NCBI GenBank assembly: GCA_964016885.1
Contig: OZ024746.1
Span: 18,228,001-18,292,000 of the forward strand
From: Eledone cirrhosa
Taxonomy: Eukaryota
Direction: 5' to 3'
Length of the DNA: 64,000 nucleotides
Positions 36,301-44,900 of this stretch are shown in pieces (positions within the stretch are counted from its first letter, which is position 1; every line of letters starts with the position of its first letter). The position numbers and the translations under genes were made by a program. A model generated the notes under the pieces. That model was not told the DNA's origin. It worked only from the letters and a program-made list of their open reading frames with translations, and did no database searches.

Positions 36301-36350
36301 ATGGCCACTGTGTGAAAGCCAGTGAATGTCCAAAGAATTTAATTAATTAA
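860..36350 (+). CDS. KCP: Kielin/chordin-like protein (KCP / crossveinless-2 family secreted BMP modulator), 5'-partial, 35 exons, 26 VWC + VWD + C8 + TIL
   Basis: All exons have AG/GT boundaries and phases chain without frameshift to TAA at 36348-36350. Repeated CxxCxC...CCxxC VWC motifs, VWD motifs (HYQTFDG, TCGLCGNFNG, FGNSWK), then C8 and TIL. The high VWC count fits kielin/KCP better than BMPER (5 VWC). Orthology is inferred from architecture. Confidence 0.88.
1075..1375 (+). mobile_element. tRNA-derived SINE, family C (family-A head, different tail)
   Basis: B box GTTCAAATCC, AACTTTG.CTTTCAT, tail GGAAGAAAT..CAGACCTGGAGAGG..CAGGAGTTATGGGACCATAC; recurs at about 5270(-), 13395, 22340, 41405(-), 48530(-), 57515. 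Confidence 0.75.
1575..1654 (+). CDS. KCP: KCP-like exon 2 (VWC1 N-half)
   Basis: ttccag|..|gtaag; GCKDEYNRHKPERSSWINSECQNCTCQ. Confidence 0.9.
1994..2087 (+). CDS. KCP: KCP-like exon 3 (VWC1 C-half)
   Basis: cttcag|..|gtaag; SDFIDCQPVICPDVSCLFPATATGKCCPSCE. Confidence 0.9.
2270..2490 (+). mobile_element. RTE-clade (Rex3-like) LINE 3' fragment
   Basis: Translates KPTVKRPRGKPQARWLDNIHQFGWSHLGIQLDQLEMVASDKTRWKECLLTLLPRPSQG*; related copies at about 7960-8100(-), 25060-25480, 40520-40600. Confidence 0.75.
2648..2834 (+). mobile_element. tRNA-derived SINE, family A, with 26 bp TSD
   Basis: A box TGGCAGTATCGG, B box GTTCAAATCC, core TTTGCCTTTCATCC..GTCGATAAAATAAAGTACCAG; flanked by attataaatagtttgtatttttttaa at 2622-2647 and 2835-2860. 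Confidence 0.88.
2927..3174 (+). CDS. KCP: KCP-like exon 4 (VWC2, VWC3 N-half)
   Basis: ttgcag|..|gtgag; GCNYDG...CCPSCLDCGEHLNG...CEHCICL. Confidence 0.92.
3301..3570 (+). mobile_element. tRNA-derived SINE, family B (CORE-like central domain)
   Basis: A box TGGCCTAGTGG, TGTGTTCTTGAGCAAAACACTT..TTGCTCCAGT..AAAATGAGTACC; copies at about 17200(-), 20262, 36725(-), 38985, 44670(-), 46205(-). Confidence 0.8.
3656..3749 (+). CDS. KCP: KCP-like exon 5
   Basis: ttacag|..|gtaac; NGSVKCDQTVCPEIECKYPVLPDGECCLRCH. Confidence 0.9.
3895..4300 (+). mobile_element. Two head-to-tail family-A SINEs
   Basis: Two B boxes and two core/tail segments separated by (ATT)n at about 4086-4101. Confidence 0.85.
4452..4817. 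repeat. (CT)n/(CTAT)n microsatellite
   Basis: Directly visible. Confidence 0.97.
4881..5060 (+). CDS. KCP: KCP-like exon 6 (VWC4)
   Basis: ttacag|..|gtaat; DCLVDGK...CQECYC...CCPECK. Confidence 0.92.
5154..5237 (+). CDS. KCP: KCP-like exon 7
   Basis: ttctag|..|gtatt; GCKEGHIDYNHGDMVANNNSCTNCQCIE. Confidence 0.88.
5270..5485 (-). mobile_element. Family C SINE, 3' part
   Basis: Reverse complement of the tail at 1200-1375. Confidence 0.7.
5873..6087 (+). CDS. KCP: KCP-like exon 8
   Basis: gaaag|..|gtaagt; GIVFCRERQC...CCPQCEPFCEFKG...CLQCTCQLKEETNSIGEHQL. Confidence 0.88.
6165..6360 (-). mobile_element. LINE 3' fragment, same family as about 47150-47520
   Basis: Shared tgaagcatgca.aaagttcttgttc.agactt.ccaatctctca..ccatcca.tgaggc segment. 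Confidence 0.6.
6603..6788 (+). CDS. KCP: KCP-like exon 9
   Basis: ttgcag|..|gtaagt; LPSINC...CCPVCENCYYL...CKVCTCK. Confidence 0.9.
6795..6970. repeat. (CAT/CAC)n microsatellite filling most of a 224 nt intron
   Basis: Directly visible, downstream of the GT donor at 6789. Confidence 0.95.
7013..7195 (+). CDS. KCP: KCP-like exon 10
   Basis: ttgaag|..|gtaag; DGNVSC...CCPVCENGCRTERG...CRSCICL. Confidence 0.9.
7260..7565. mobile_element. piggyBac-type MITE interrupted by a retroelement tail
   Basis: Homologous to 21481-21688, ends AAAGGGTTAA; insert of about 60 nt at 7371-7430. Confidence 0.6.
7760..7936 (+). CDS. KCP: KCP-like exon 11
   Basis: ttctag|..|gtaagt; NRQIVC...CCPVCDFCHYDRR...PTRTCECL. 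Confidence 0.9.
8794..8992 (+). CDS. KCP: KCP-like exon 12
   Basis: tttcag|..|gtaagt; AGSVVCEADDPTCLYDGK...CCRTCD. Confidence 0.9.
9210..9368 (+). mobile_element. Family D retroelement 3' end (TTAGGAAGGGCATCCA...AACCCATGCTAGCGTGGAAGA..GTTAAA(TGA)n)
   Basis: Tail recurs at about 4415(-), 6500, 7380, 11245, 28300(-), 39335, 50440, 59650; short-repeat tail typical of RTE-mobilised elements. Confidence 0.7.
9455..10137 (+). CDS. KCP: KCP-like exon 13 (VWC11-14)
   Basis: ttttag|..|gtata; four consecutive VWC repeats ending HPAKKHCCK. Confidence 0.95.
10420..10710 (-). mobile_element. RTE-clade LINE C-terminal fragment, decayed
   Basis: Translates LRTFDTKCLRKTLGISWDDFITNKEV...RHGWLGHIT with stops. 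Confidence 0.75.
11662..11862 (+). CDS. KCP: KCP-like exon 14
   Basis: tcacag|..|gtact; ECYDCSYNG...CCPVCEDCVYNNQ. Confidence 0.92.
12565..12972 (+). CDS. KCP: KCP-like exon 15
   Basis: ttccag|..|gtagg; VVKNGRS...CCHVCSDCKW...CCSICDDCFL...CRVCKCQ. Confidence 0.93.
13101..13169. repeat. Exact 34 bp tandem duplication
   Basis: gaaaatcagggtttcgaaacacttgcttgagggg x2. Confidence 0.9.
13395..13620 (+). mobile_element. Family C SINE, 5'-truncated
   Basis: GTCAACTTTACCTTTC..GTCGATAAAA..GCTGGAGAGG..GAGTTACGGGAC. Confidence 0.7.
14337..14525. repeat. Near-perfect palindrome, 94 bp arms, centre 14431
   Basis: 14337-14430 is the reverse complement of 14432-14525 with 2 mismatches. Confidence 0.95.
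14456..14506 (+). ncRNA. Minimal type-I hammerhead ribozyme-like motif (Penelope-type); mirror copy on minus strand 14356-14406
   Basis: AGCTTC-CTGAAGA-t TTC atct GAA t-GAAA-CAG tactagtc CTG-TA-GAAGCT: conserved core plus stems I and III; stem II weak. Confidence 0.55.
15220..15500. repeat. AT-rich degenerate tandem repeat (about 60 bp unit with (TA)n)
   Basis: Recurrent gataattatag..ttatac..attttaaaatat..ttatcatattctatata. Confidence 0.7.
15585..15758 (+). CDS. KCP: KCP-like exon 16
   Basis: caccag|..|gttgg; NGSLEC...CCPECFNCMYEG...CKQCLCK. Confidence 0.92.
17332..17416. repeat. 20 bp minisatellite x4
   Basis: attgcacct.agtgtatatc units. Confidence 0.8.
17809..17902 (+). CDS. KCP: KCP-like exon 17
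   Basis: ttgcag|..|gtaaa; DGNISCYRMSCAQPQCDNPSRLPGQCCPTCP. Confidence 0.9.
18030..18430 (+). mobile_element. Two head-to-tail family-A SINEs
   Basis: Same head/core/tail as 2648-2834, twice. Confidence 0.85.
18530..18940 (-). mobile_element. Rex3-like RTE LINE internal fragment, decayed
   Basis: KTWED..KSDFRSVNKVFWQTI..GVLLSSERCILTR..EYFADLLN, resembling the RTE endonuclease-RT linker. Confidence 0.65.
19075..19160 (+). CDS. KCP: KCP-like exon 18
   Basis: ttctag|..|gttagt; DACEYKGKVFENGENFADTSDPCIECTCL. Confidence 0.9.
19383..19803. mobile_element. hAT-type MITE
   Basis: TIRs CAGAGGCAT.A.TA / TAATTATGCCTCTG and perfect 8 bp TSD ACTATAGC (19375-19382, 19804-19811). Confidence 0.85.
19928..20080 (+). 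CDS. KCP: KCP-like exon 19
   Basis: ttttag|..|gtagg; AGYVNCSSHLCNPVTCTHPSNNICSDCLYEG...CQTCTCR. Confidence 0.9.
20262..20655 (+). mobile_element. Family B SINE with duplicated 3' tail
   Basis: TGGCCTAGTGG, GTTCGATT, core, then ggactgg..cctgtcca..tactctcagt..accaggataa..cctgatgagcctc twice. Confidence 0.82.
21324..21417 (+). CDS. KCP: KCP-like exon 20
   Basis: tttcag|..|gtaaa; DGNVFCIKKSCPSLNCPLAERPPGECCAQCQ. Confidence 0.9.
21481..21688. mobile_element. piggyBac-type MITE
   Basis: TTAA-CCCTTT...AAAGGG-TTAA termini; second copy at 7260-7565. Confidence 0.75.
21735..21908 (+). CDS. KCP: KCP-like exon 21 (VWC22)
   Basis: ttccag|..|gtaag; ECTYNERSYKNGDMW...CCPVCS. Confidence 0.92.
22338..22580 (+). 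mobile_element. Family C SINE
   Basis: GAGTTCAAATCCCGCC, core, and family C tail. Confidence 0.75.
22731..22813 (+). CDS. KCP: KCP-like exon 22
   Basis: tttaag|..|gtaagt; SCTHQGITYQEGEQFNLNSDPCEPCTCE. Confidence 0.9.
23391..23499 (+). CDS. KCP: KCP-like exon 23
   Basis: tttcag|..|gtaag; NGKLKCVHLSCPDMTMC...CCPTCSN. Confidence 0.9.
23928..24010 (+). CDS. KCP: KCP-like exon 24
   Basis: tcacag|..|gtaaa; STRCTAESVGEITRPKLSDPCFHCKCE. Confidence 0.88.
24858..24960 (+). CDS. KCP: KCP-like exon 25
   Basis: tttcag|..|gttagt; ESLSWVCSKDICLEPTC...CCAICP. Confidence 0.9.
25060..25480 (+). mobile_element. Rex3-like RTE LINE 3' fragment
   Basis: TYVHESWVMTKRI*SRIQTSEMGFLQKALGVMLLDRVHGSEIRELLQVEQLLL...GRRPRGKP. 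Confidence 0.8.
25561..25649 (+). CDS. KCP: KCP-like exon 26
   Basis: taacag|..|gtaagt; ACYYDLEDKFYEEGDSWKDVDNPCVICQCI. Confidence 0.9.
25981..27054 (+). mobile_element. Composite non-autonomous Helitron-like element(s)
   Basis: Starts TACTAGC..CCCAGCGTTGCACGGG; internal 135-150 bp repeats; two 3' ends of form AAGTTTGAA..AATCGG..(CA/CATA)n..TATATAGAT at about 26618 and 27054. Confidence 0.7.
27055..27280. repeat. Minisatellite of about 26-30 bp (atacagatgtaataaccactatgtgt); also at 25925-25980
   Basis: Directly visible on both sides of the Helitron-like insertion. Confidence 0.8.
27309..27455 (+). CDS. KCP: KCP-like exon 27
   Basis: ttgaag|..|gtaag; GQRIQC...CCESCVPSNTTTCLHNGQIKQ. Confidence 0.88.
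27520..27736 (+). mobile_element. Family A SINE
   Basis: Full head/core/tail; ttattatttttcag repeated on both flanks. Confidence 0.85.
27995..28151 (+). CDS. KCP: KCP-like exon 28 (last VWC)
   Basis: tattag|..|gtagg; VGELWPVDECTKCTC...CCPTCLA. Confidence 0.9.
28571..28691 (+). CDS. KCP: KCP-like exon 29 (VWD start)
   Basis: ttacag|..|gtatgt; PSSCILYGNTHYQTFDGAIIHLQGTCNHIMTTDCENKDF. Confidence 0.92.
29286..29495 (+). mobile_element. Family A SINE
   Basis: GTATCGGTAGAGC..GAGTTCAAATCC..GGCCTTGTGCCTAAATCAGAAACC. Confidence 0.85.
29530..29635 (+). CDS. KCP: KCP-like exon 30 (VWD)
   Basis: ttgaag|..|gtaagt; phase 2 in, VEVQHRSFSGTSTAQNVTVRFAGLEINITQDNDVT. Confidence 0.85.
29699..29894. mobile_element. 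Tc1/mariner-type MITE
   Basis: TIRs GGGTCAGCTAAAATGTTCATAGGCTGAC / GTCAGCCTATGAACTTTTCAGCCAACTC; other copies at 57040-57210 and from about 63977. Confidence 0.75.
29976..30583 (+). mobile_element. Non-autonomous Helitron-like element
   Basis: TACTAGG..CCCGGCGTTGCTCGGG start; AAAGTTTGAAAACAATCGGTTGGG..(CAGA)n..TAATATAGAT end; shares about 110 bp with 26619-26730. Confidence 0.72.
30640..30741 (+). CDS. KCP: KCP-like exon 31 (VWD)
   Basis: tcctag|..|gttgt; VDGADIELPFTHRHDIFIEKSSGNLLLHTNIGVK. Confidence 0.88.
31439..31603 (+). CDS. KCP: KCP-like exon 32 (VWD end)
   Basis: tcacag|..|gtaac; LVWNEEG...TCGLCGNFNG...FGNSWK. Confidence 0.95.
31870..32040. repeat. Degenerate tandem repeat of about 40 bp
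   Basis: ggacatgtcatcacagac.ggtcagtactag units. Confidence 0.75.
32600..32710 (+). CDS. KCP: KCP-like exon 33
   Basis: ttttag|..|gtaat; TKNQVNESCKESADVHPCSEVGSQLRTLIESKCDIIN. Confidence 0.88.
34173..34353 (+). CDS. KCP: KCP-like exon 34 (C8 domain)
   Basis: tttcag|..|gtgagt; SPIFSKCHKVVSPEPFYSSCVRDMCLC...AYAHECA...WKSQTNC. Confidence 0.93.
34650..35560 (-). mobile_element. Decayed LINE ORF2 fragment (APE end to RT start; CR1/Jockey-like)
   Basis: GDFN, DLCFMNNTELIHN, AAAGPHGFP, LIHKGESRADAKNCKPISLTSH.SKVMERI with stops and frameshifts. Confidence 0.8.
36142..36350 (+). CDS. KCP: KCP-like terminal exon 35 (TIL domain, stop)
   Basis: tcctag|; NCEEEKGYVFDDCAPPCQQTCDN...CLCPPNKLLHHGHCVKASECPKNLIN*. 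Confidence 0.93.
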
Positions 36351-36540
36351 GAAAGAGACTTTTACATTTTGCCAGATTATGTGCACCTAATTTAATTATG
36401 TGGCATTTACTATGCAAACCTCAAACTCACAAATGTGGTACAGTCATCTGAAGTATGTCTTCAATGAGTTTTATCTGTGTTATCCAAGTGAAGTAAGGTG
36501 ATCGAGTTCATATTTATACATGATAATTAAAAGTTGAATG

Positions 36541-36546
36541 AATAAA
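36541..36546 (+). promoter_or_regulatory. Candidate polyadenylation signal of the KCP-like gene
   Basis: First AATAAA after the stop codon (about 190 nt downstream); the AT-rich context lowers specificity. Confidence 0.4.
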
Positions 36547-38726
36547 TACATGTGTGATTTGAACTTATGTCATTTTGACTGTATTTGAAGTAAAATGCTA
36601 CACTGATGGCCTTTACCTCTAAAACTGTCCTAAAGTACCAATTGTTTTTTTCTTTTCTTCTAATCATTTGAGATCCCAGAATAGGATAGGACCAAAGAAA
36701 CAATGTTTCCATTGCTGATGCTATCTACTGGTCGCAACTGGCAGAAAAAGCAATGCGAAATAAAGTGTCTTGCTCAAAGACATACTGCATCACAACCTCC
36801 TGATTGCGAATTTAATTCTCTAACCACTAAGCCACATGCCTTCACTAATATACGAAAACATATTAAACAACTTTCATTTTATTTTATTTGAAACACTTTG
36901 TAGACTCATAGGTAGTTAAAACATGAGGATTCTAGTTTTATTTATAACAAATATCTGTATTTACATTTAATTTTCAGCAGAGAATACATGGAGGAAATAT
37001 TTGATTTGCTTTCCTTCCCAACATTTCAAATAATTGTTGAAATTTGTGGGTTAGGGAAAGAGGGTTAAAATAATAAAAATAACCTGCATTTGAAAAGGTT
37101 TTACAGGCAGAACAGGTGAATAAGATGACAGACAGGAAAGAATTAGACACTTCATTAAACAAAAACAAAAAACCCAAATCATATATAACCCCCAACTGCA
37201 AAACTTTCTACTCAAACATTCACAAAAAATGTGAAGAAAGCTTGGGCTCAGTGTAGCATCAGGCTGACAGGAACTAAAATATGATATGCTACAGTATAAA
37301 AGTAATTAACCAGACTAGAGATATATCACAGTGTTGATGGATTATAATTACATATAATCTTACATAGTTTATCAGGTCATAATTACATCTTAGAGTTTAA
37401 AAGGTGGAGGGGTAGCAAAGGATTATGCTAATGAAAGCAACCATTTAGTGAGTTACAATTAAGTATTTCAAAATAAAGATATGATGAAGCTCATCACTAG
37501 AATAATATAACTGGTTTCTTACATCTAATTCTATCGGGGGTTTTCTAGTGACATTTTATCATACTGCAATAAAACATATGACACAGAAGTGTGATACGAA
37601 CATCTTGACAGTTTCACCTGCCTGGCATCAAGTGATGTGTTTTTTATTAAACAAACAGAGGTGATCAGAATATGACTGTATGATTAGGGGCTAATAATCT
37701 CTGTAAATTCAAAGCTAACTACAGGGAATAACGAATAGTTAAAATTATTTCTTGAGCTGTATTCTATATTAATAAACACCGACGTCCATAAAATATTAAT
37801 TGCTTGGAAAATTACATTTCAGTAATAGATATTGTCAAATTAGTGGCATAAAATGAAGTGAATATGTATGAATATCAGTGGCATCACGCTCAACATATAT
37901 TTAACTGCTAAGATAGAAGGGGAAATAAACACAGAAATGTTTTATATATCTATTCTTTTTTACACTGAAGATAGAGGATGGAACGAAGAAGAAATTATAA
38001 CATAGGTTGTTTAGATGTGTAGGTAAAAACTCATTTGTGGATTTTTGAAAACGTCTAATAGTTAGGTAATATTTGTTATTTAAATAAAAGGACTGAACAA
38101 AAGATGTACAAACCAAGTCAACACATTGTGTAGATAGTTTTAAGGATAGTTTCCACACATAAATCCTGAGATCATCAACAAATCCTTTTAGAGGTCACCC
38201 TTTCTTTCTCTTTTGTTCAATTCTCCCCTGTCATGAGTCAATGTCTTCAGCACTCTCTAAGAGTACATTGATAAAAAAATAATCTGTATAATCTGTAATA
38301 GAAACCATTTTCTTCATTTCCAAGAAATATTGACAGGTATCCAAAACTCATCTTTATATATGTATGTGTGTGTGTGTACAGGACCATGTCATACAACTGT
38401 TGCTGCTTTTCACATACAAGATATTATATACACACACATATATATAATGCACACTACAGCCAATAATTGAAAAGCTTTCATCACAGACAAACTGATATTA
38501 AAGAAGAATTGAGATCGGAAGACTAAGTGTGTAATGTAACAGTGGCCAAATCTTATAAATTCTACATACAGCTGAACTTAGGAGAGATAAAAATAGAAGA
38601 TACTTCGTCAGTACTGCTTTCATAGAATCTCTTTAACTCGGAAATTGAGTAAAAATTGACCAAATGACTTGTTTGTGGTTTATGTTGACTTGATTTTCAT
38701 CCAGTCAACTTGCTTGCTCAATTTGG

Positions 38727-38910
38727 TCAGATGTCTAAGCCACGAGTTACTGATGATTCTAAGGAGACGTTATAGTCAACCAAACTATCTAGAATATGGA
38801 CAAGAAAGCTCATTGCTGCTACATCTCTTAGGAAAGAGTTTTCTTCATACATTTGTGTTGTTACAGTTGTGTTGGCCATTAACGGAAGCCATTGTTGTAG
38901 CAAACGGTCT
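38727..38910 (-). CDS. DENND5: DENND5 terminal exon
   Basis: ttacag|; [29 protein letters not shown]...[11 protein letters not shown]. Confidence 0.95.
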
Positions 38911-41900
38911 CTGTAAAAGACAAAAAAAAAATATATATATTAAAAACACAGTCATATAACAGCACACCAACTCTCATTTCTATAACTCGTGGTTAAGATG
39001 CTTGATGTATGAATGTAATGTTGTTGGTTCGATTCCTGGACCAGGTCGTGTGTTGTGTTTTTGAGCAAAACACTTTATTTCACATTGCTCCAGTACACTC
39101 AGCTGAGATGAATGAGTACCAGCAGTGGCTGCAAAAGACCGACGTCCTGTCCGGGGAGACTCTTGTACTCTGAGTCACTTAATGCTAATGAAACCGGAGA
39201 TAAGCACTGGCCTGGCTCTAAAGTTGATAGCAACTACGTTATGTTGGCAGGTACACTTCTCACCAGGGACACACTTTATGCTTGTAACCAACTATCTTGA
39301 CAGATAAGCAGGGTTAAATAGATAAATGGAAATACCCCATGCTAGCGTGGAAGATGGACGTTAAACGATGATGACAAATGCAAAATAAGAAAAGACATCT
39401 TACCTGATTCCAAAGCAGATAAACAATTGGAAACGTCCATCCTTGCCTATGGATTCTGATGTGGTATCATTAATCTGTTTGATACGCTTACAAAAATGTA
39501 AATAACCAGCTTTGGCTTGCTCAGTAGCAGCAGCAGGTGGTAAACTCTCAGGACAATCAAGGAATGTTTCAAAGCAACATTTCACTTTTTCTGTCAAAAT
39601 GAACAAAAACATTGCTTTATAATCTTTTCTATTAATATGACCAATATTTAGTTTAAAATTTGATATATTTAAAAATATATTGTGATAAACATCATGTGTT
39701 TAGAAGATGGTCGTGGAATTTAAAAATTTAATTGAATTAGTAAATGTTCACTGTATTTTTTACTACAGATAATAGCCTAATAACAATAGGGCATATAAGC
39801 TCCCCCCAAAAATATGATCAATATGAGTAAAACCATTAAAAAAAGTTCCATAAATCTATGAAAAAATCTAAATTGTCTACCTGATGCCAAGTAACCAAAA
39901 TAATGAAAATACAAATATATAATTGTTTCTACTTTTGGCACAAGGCCAGCAATTACCCAGTACATTACTGGTACTTTATTTTATCGACTCGGCGGGATTT
40001 GAACTCTGATCGTAAAGGGAGTTTAAATATATAATTGTTTCTACTTTAGGCACAATACCAGCAAATATATAATGATGGCAAACAATGTCAGATTAATAGA
40101 TTTCATTCTACAAAGTAATAACTAATTTGATAACTGTAAAATACAGAAGATATATTTAGAAAAAAATTATACTATTAGTACATAGATTTCTTACCTAAAT
40201 AATCCCACGCAAAGAATTTGTGTCGAAAAAGACGAGCAGATTTGAAGCCACATTTGAAGACACATTCAATGCATTGTACTAAACCATTTTCTCCACACAG
40301 TAAATATGTAATGTTACCACGCTAGAAAATATCAATGTAGACATGATCAGAAGGTATTCATGTTGTTAGTACAGTCAAATATATATTTCTGCACAGTAAA
40401 TATACACAAATATTGATATTAACACTTTTTTAATGCACTCACATATACATACATGATAAAGGGTAGAAAATTGTCTGGAATAAAATTTATAATATGCCAG
40501 TGATATATAATTTTCACTTTTACGGGCAAAACCAACTGGCAAGAAACCCAGGTGTAGATTCCAAGCAAGATGATTGACAGGACCCACTGGAAGGCATGTT
40601 TGTTACACAGAATCTACTTACCTCTTTCTCAGGTTTATGGTAATGTTTTACTATGTTGTTCACTGCATGACCTAACATTTCTTGAATCTCTGGAATGGTT
40701 AGACCTGGTATTAGAAAGAAAACATCGGCAATTGATGATAGGAAATTTAAGAATATTTATCAAAAGGGTTTTAAATATTTGGAATACTTTAGGGTCATGT
40801 GAGATGTCTCTTACTATATAATTCAATAAAAATTTGCATAATGTTTTGTTTTCTTACTTACAAATGAAGAGATTGGTCATAAAATATAGGTATGGGTTAC
40901 AAAATATTTGGAAAATCATATTAGGGTTCCATGACAAAATAAGTTTGGGAACCACTGTTTTAAAACAATGATTCCCAAATTGTACACCTTGGCACAGTGA
41001 TGTATCTAATTACAATTTGTGGTGCATCACAAAAGAGTAGGATTCTATTTCAAAATATGAAAATTACAAACTAAGAATGAAAACATTGCCAAAACATCAT
41101 CATCATCAGTACATAACTTTGCTTCATTTATTTATTAATGAAGGAAGTATAAACATTTTTTTTCTGTACTTTTAATTATCTATATTTCGACATATAACCC
41201 AGTACAACCCGCTTCATGGTAGTAACTAAACTGGCTCCCCCACCAGACTCTGGACATTAAAAAGTTATCACTAACTTTAAAGTGATAAAGTTTGATTCAA
41301 AAGATGCAGACTCAATACTGTTGTCTTTTAACTTACATTTAGCTTAAATGGTTTAAAACTCACAGTTACTGGTTAACCTCAGTATAAGATTCTGAACTAT
41401 ATACAGTATGGTATAGTCCCATAACTCCTGAGAGAGTTGTAGAGGTGCCATAGTGACATATGGCATTTCTTGGGCATTTTAAGCCTGGTGGAGCCCATAC
41501 AGCAGATTTCTTCCAGAGAAGGATAGCGAGTGAGAGAAAGAAATATAGAGGAATAATCAACCCCAGTACTTTTTTTTTTATTCACCTCAAAAGGATGAAA
41601 GGAAAAGTTGATCTTGGCTGGGTTTGAACTCAGAGAGGAGAGAGTTGGAACAATATGCATGAATAAAAAAGTAAACTCACTATGCTCTAATGATTTGTGA
41701 CGAGGTGAGCCTGTGGGTGCTGGTGACATACACCGAGGGGGTGTCCTTGATAAACTTCCCATATCTGTTGAAACACAAAAGAGCAATGACAGGGGAGAAT
41801 AGAAATTCAAAATTAAAGTTATAGACAAAACACACACACAAGGAACCAAAGATACATAAAAGTTTTTCTACCTTCATTTTCTGTAGTAGTATGTACTAAT

Positions 41901-44900
41901 TCACCAACAAGTAAGCGTTCAGTGCTTCCATCATCCACTCGACCCAACCATTTCCCACATGGAAATCTATAAATCAGAGAAGCTATTTTATTAAGGAGAA
42001 AACTGAAAGTAAGAACATCATTTCAGAATTATATTTACAAGCTGATATGCAAATTAATTCTAAATCATTAAATATATCCATTCCTTATTTTCCTAATTAG
42101 GTAAAATAAGCTAACATATTGAGGTAAACTTACTTTTTCAGTTTCTTATATATTTATTTAATCCTAATTAACATCCATATAGAGTTAGTGAGCCATGGAG
42201 ACTAGAGGGGTGAGCCATGACAGACAAGAAGAAGTATCTAGTACTTCTTACAGTTGTAAAACAAAAACAAGACATACAATTACACCCACACACACCTGTA
42301 CACCCACACATACCTTTACACTTACACCCCTTTACACTCACACAATTATACTTACACACCCCTTTACACTCACACACACCTATTTGCACTTACACACATA
42401 CCTATTTATACTTACACTCACACATACACCTTTACATTCACACATTTACAGTTACACTAAAATTTGTGCATGAGCATTTTTTTTTACTTTAAAATTCTTA
42501 CTTGAAGAGATGTCCAGTGATTTCATTGCGAACCAACACATACTCAACAAGCCACTTAGGACTCATTCCACTATTGTCGTGACCAATTCGAAGAGTTGTC
42601 AAAACACCAAGGTTTTTATGCTAAAAATGAAATAAAAATTGTTTCATTATTAGAAATTGTTTCCATTCAGTTCTTTAAAAAATCCTATTTATGACAGAAT
42701 ATTAATAAAAATGTTTATATTATAACTGCAATTGATATTAATTAAAAAATCATTCTTATAGTTATAGGTGCAGGTATGGTTAATTTTCCTGTCGCTCTTT
42801 GGTACCCTCTTACATATTTACACAGGCATACAGATACACACAAGCATATCACACACACATATTATACATGTATATAATCAGAAAGTAATTTGTATCTAGT
42901 ATAGTCAGACATCAAAACATATTTAGCTTAAGCCAAAATCTTGATTTTTTTTTGGAGGGGGGGGGGGGGGTATAAATTAAACTAGCCAAAATAAGTCAGT
43001 TTCATTCATATAATATTTCCAACTGCAGTTTTTGGAATAAAAAAAACAATACTAATTATCTCAATAAATTAATAAATCAAGACAACCAATGTGTGTATAT
43101 ATATGTATATATATATATATATATATGTATGTATATATATATTTATATATATATACACACACATACACACCTCGTATATGTCATGGTATGGCCCGCCCCG
43201 ATACACAAACATATGTAGAAATTAAATTATGTTTTAAGTATAACTTGGTTATTCTCTCTTCATTTATATACACACACACACAGTGTCCACCAAAATGTAT
43301 ACACACTTTGATTACCTGGACAGGCAATATTTACTAGAATGCTGTTGAATTGCATATACATTTTTGGGGACAAGAATACAAGAAACAAACAAACAAGAGG
43401 ATGCATTAACATAAAATCTTATTAGTTTCATGCTTAAAAGAAAGCAGTCAATGTGTCAGACATTTGACCTTCATCAGGAATAACAGAGTTCGGGGTGTAG
43501 GATAAAAGGAATAAAGGCAGAATAAGAAAGGAGGAAAAAACGCAAAGAAAATTTTAAAAAGTAGGGAAGAGTGGTCTGGTATGCAGGGGTGGGGATTGAG
43601 GTGAGGGGTGCAGATGTGTATACACTCAAACTCATTTTTAAAAAAAAACAGACCTCAGAAGTATATTCCAAGCATCCTCTCGGAATTTCTATGACACCTG
43701 TTTCTCCAATTTGTCCTGCCAAACTGATCCAGGGGTTAGCACTGGTTGTAAAACAGCCAAACTTTGTGCTTGGGTAAATTAAAACTTTATAAGGAACAAC
43801 TGAAAAAAACATAAAATAACATTTTTAACAAAACCAACCCACAACACTTACAATGCTTTTATAAACTCCCAAGTTATGACAAATATGAATTATCTGGATT
43901 GTTTTTATTAATTTTTCAAATGTAGATTATCTTTTTTTTAAATCATAATATTTATCCAGATATTTAAAATAATATTAGATATATTGGGTCATCCCATAAA
44001 TAATGCAGCTTTTTTCAATTGCATGCAATAAAAGTCAGAGGGGTGGGGATAATCACCTGCATAAACTTAAAGCTTATTTAATAGTTTTGACATTATACAA
44101 CTTGTAGTTAAATGGATGAAAGATAGTGGTTATAAGATAATGGCTGTACTTACTGGTGTTCATAAAAGTATTTGTGAAGCAAAAATAATCAACAGCATTG
44201 AGGGAAAGAAGGTGATAGAGGAACTGCTCACGTTCATCTTCACAACGCATAAATGCATAACGCTTATACAAAAGCCGCAACAGCTTTGCATCTGATAGTA
44301 ACTCCTTTAGATGTGTTGAAAGTGTCTTTTTTTCCAATGCCAGTCGTACAAATGCACGTGCAAATCCTACATCAGTTTTTATATCAGTCATTTGCTTGAC
44401 TTTCCTATAAGAACCAGAATAAATGGAATTAGAGTTGAGATTTGATAGAATAGTGTCAGAAGAATGTTTTACAAAAAAAATAGACTTTAAAGTATTATTG
44501 TAAATGTATAAAACAAAAGTCACATTAAACATAGTCCTAACATGTACACAAATAGCACAAGAAATTGAATATAATGACATGTTTAGTATTTTCCATTTCA
44601 AATGTTTTTCATCACCCAAACTATACTTCATTTAATTAAAGTCTGTTCAAAGCCGAAGGGTTCATCAGGCAGGTGCTTATGCCCAATTTCCTTGGCCTTA
44701 AATGACTGAGAAACAAGACTCTCTGGACAAGACACCAATCTATCACAGGATTGCTGGAACTCATCTCAGCTTAGTGTACTGGAGCAATGTAAAATAAAGT
44801 GTTTTGCTCAAGAACAAACACAGCACCCTGTCCAGGAATTGAACCAACGGCATTGTGATTGTAAGTCCAACAACCTAACCATTAACTCATGCGGCTTCAC

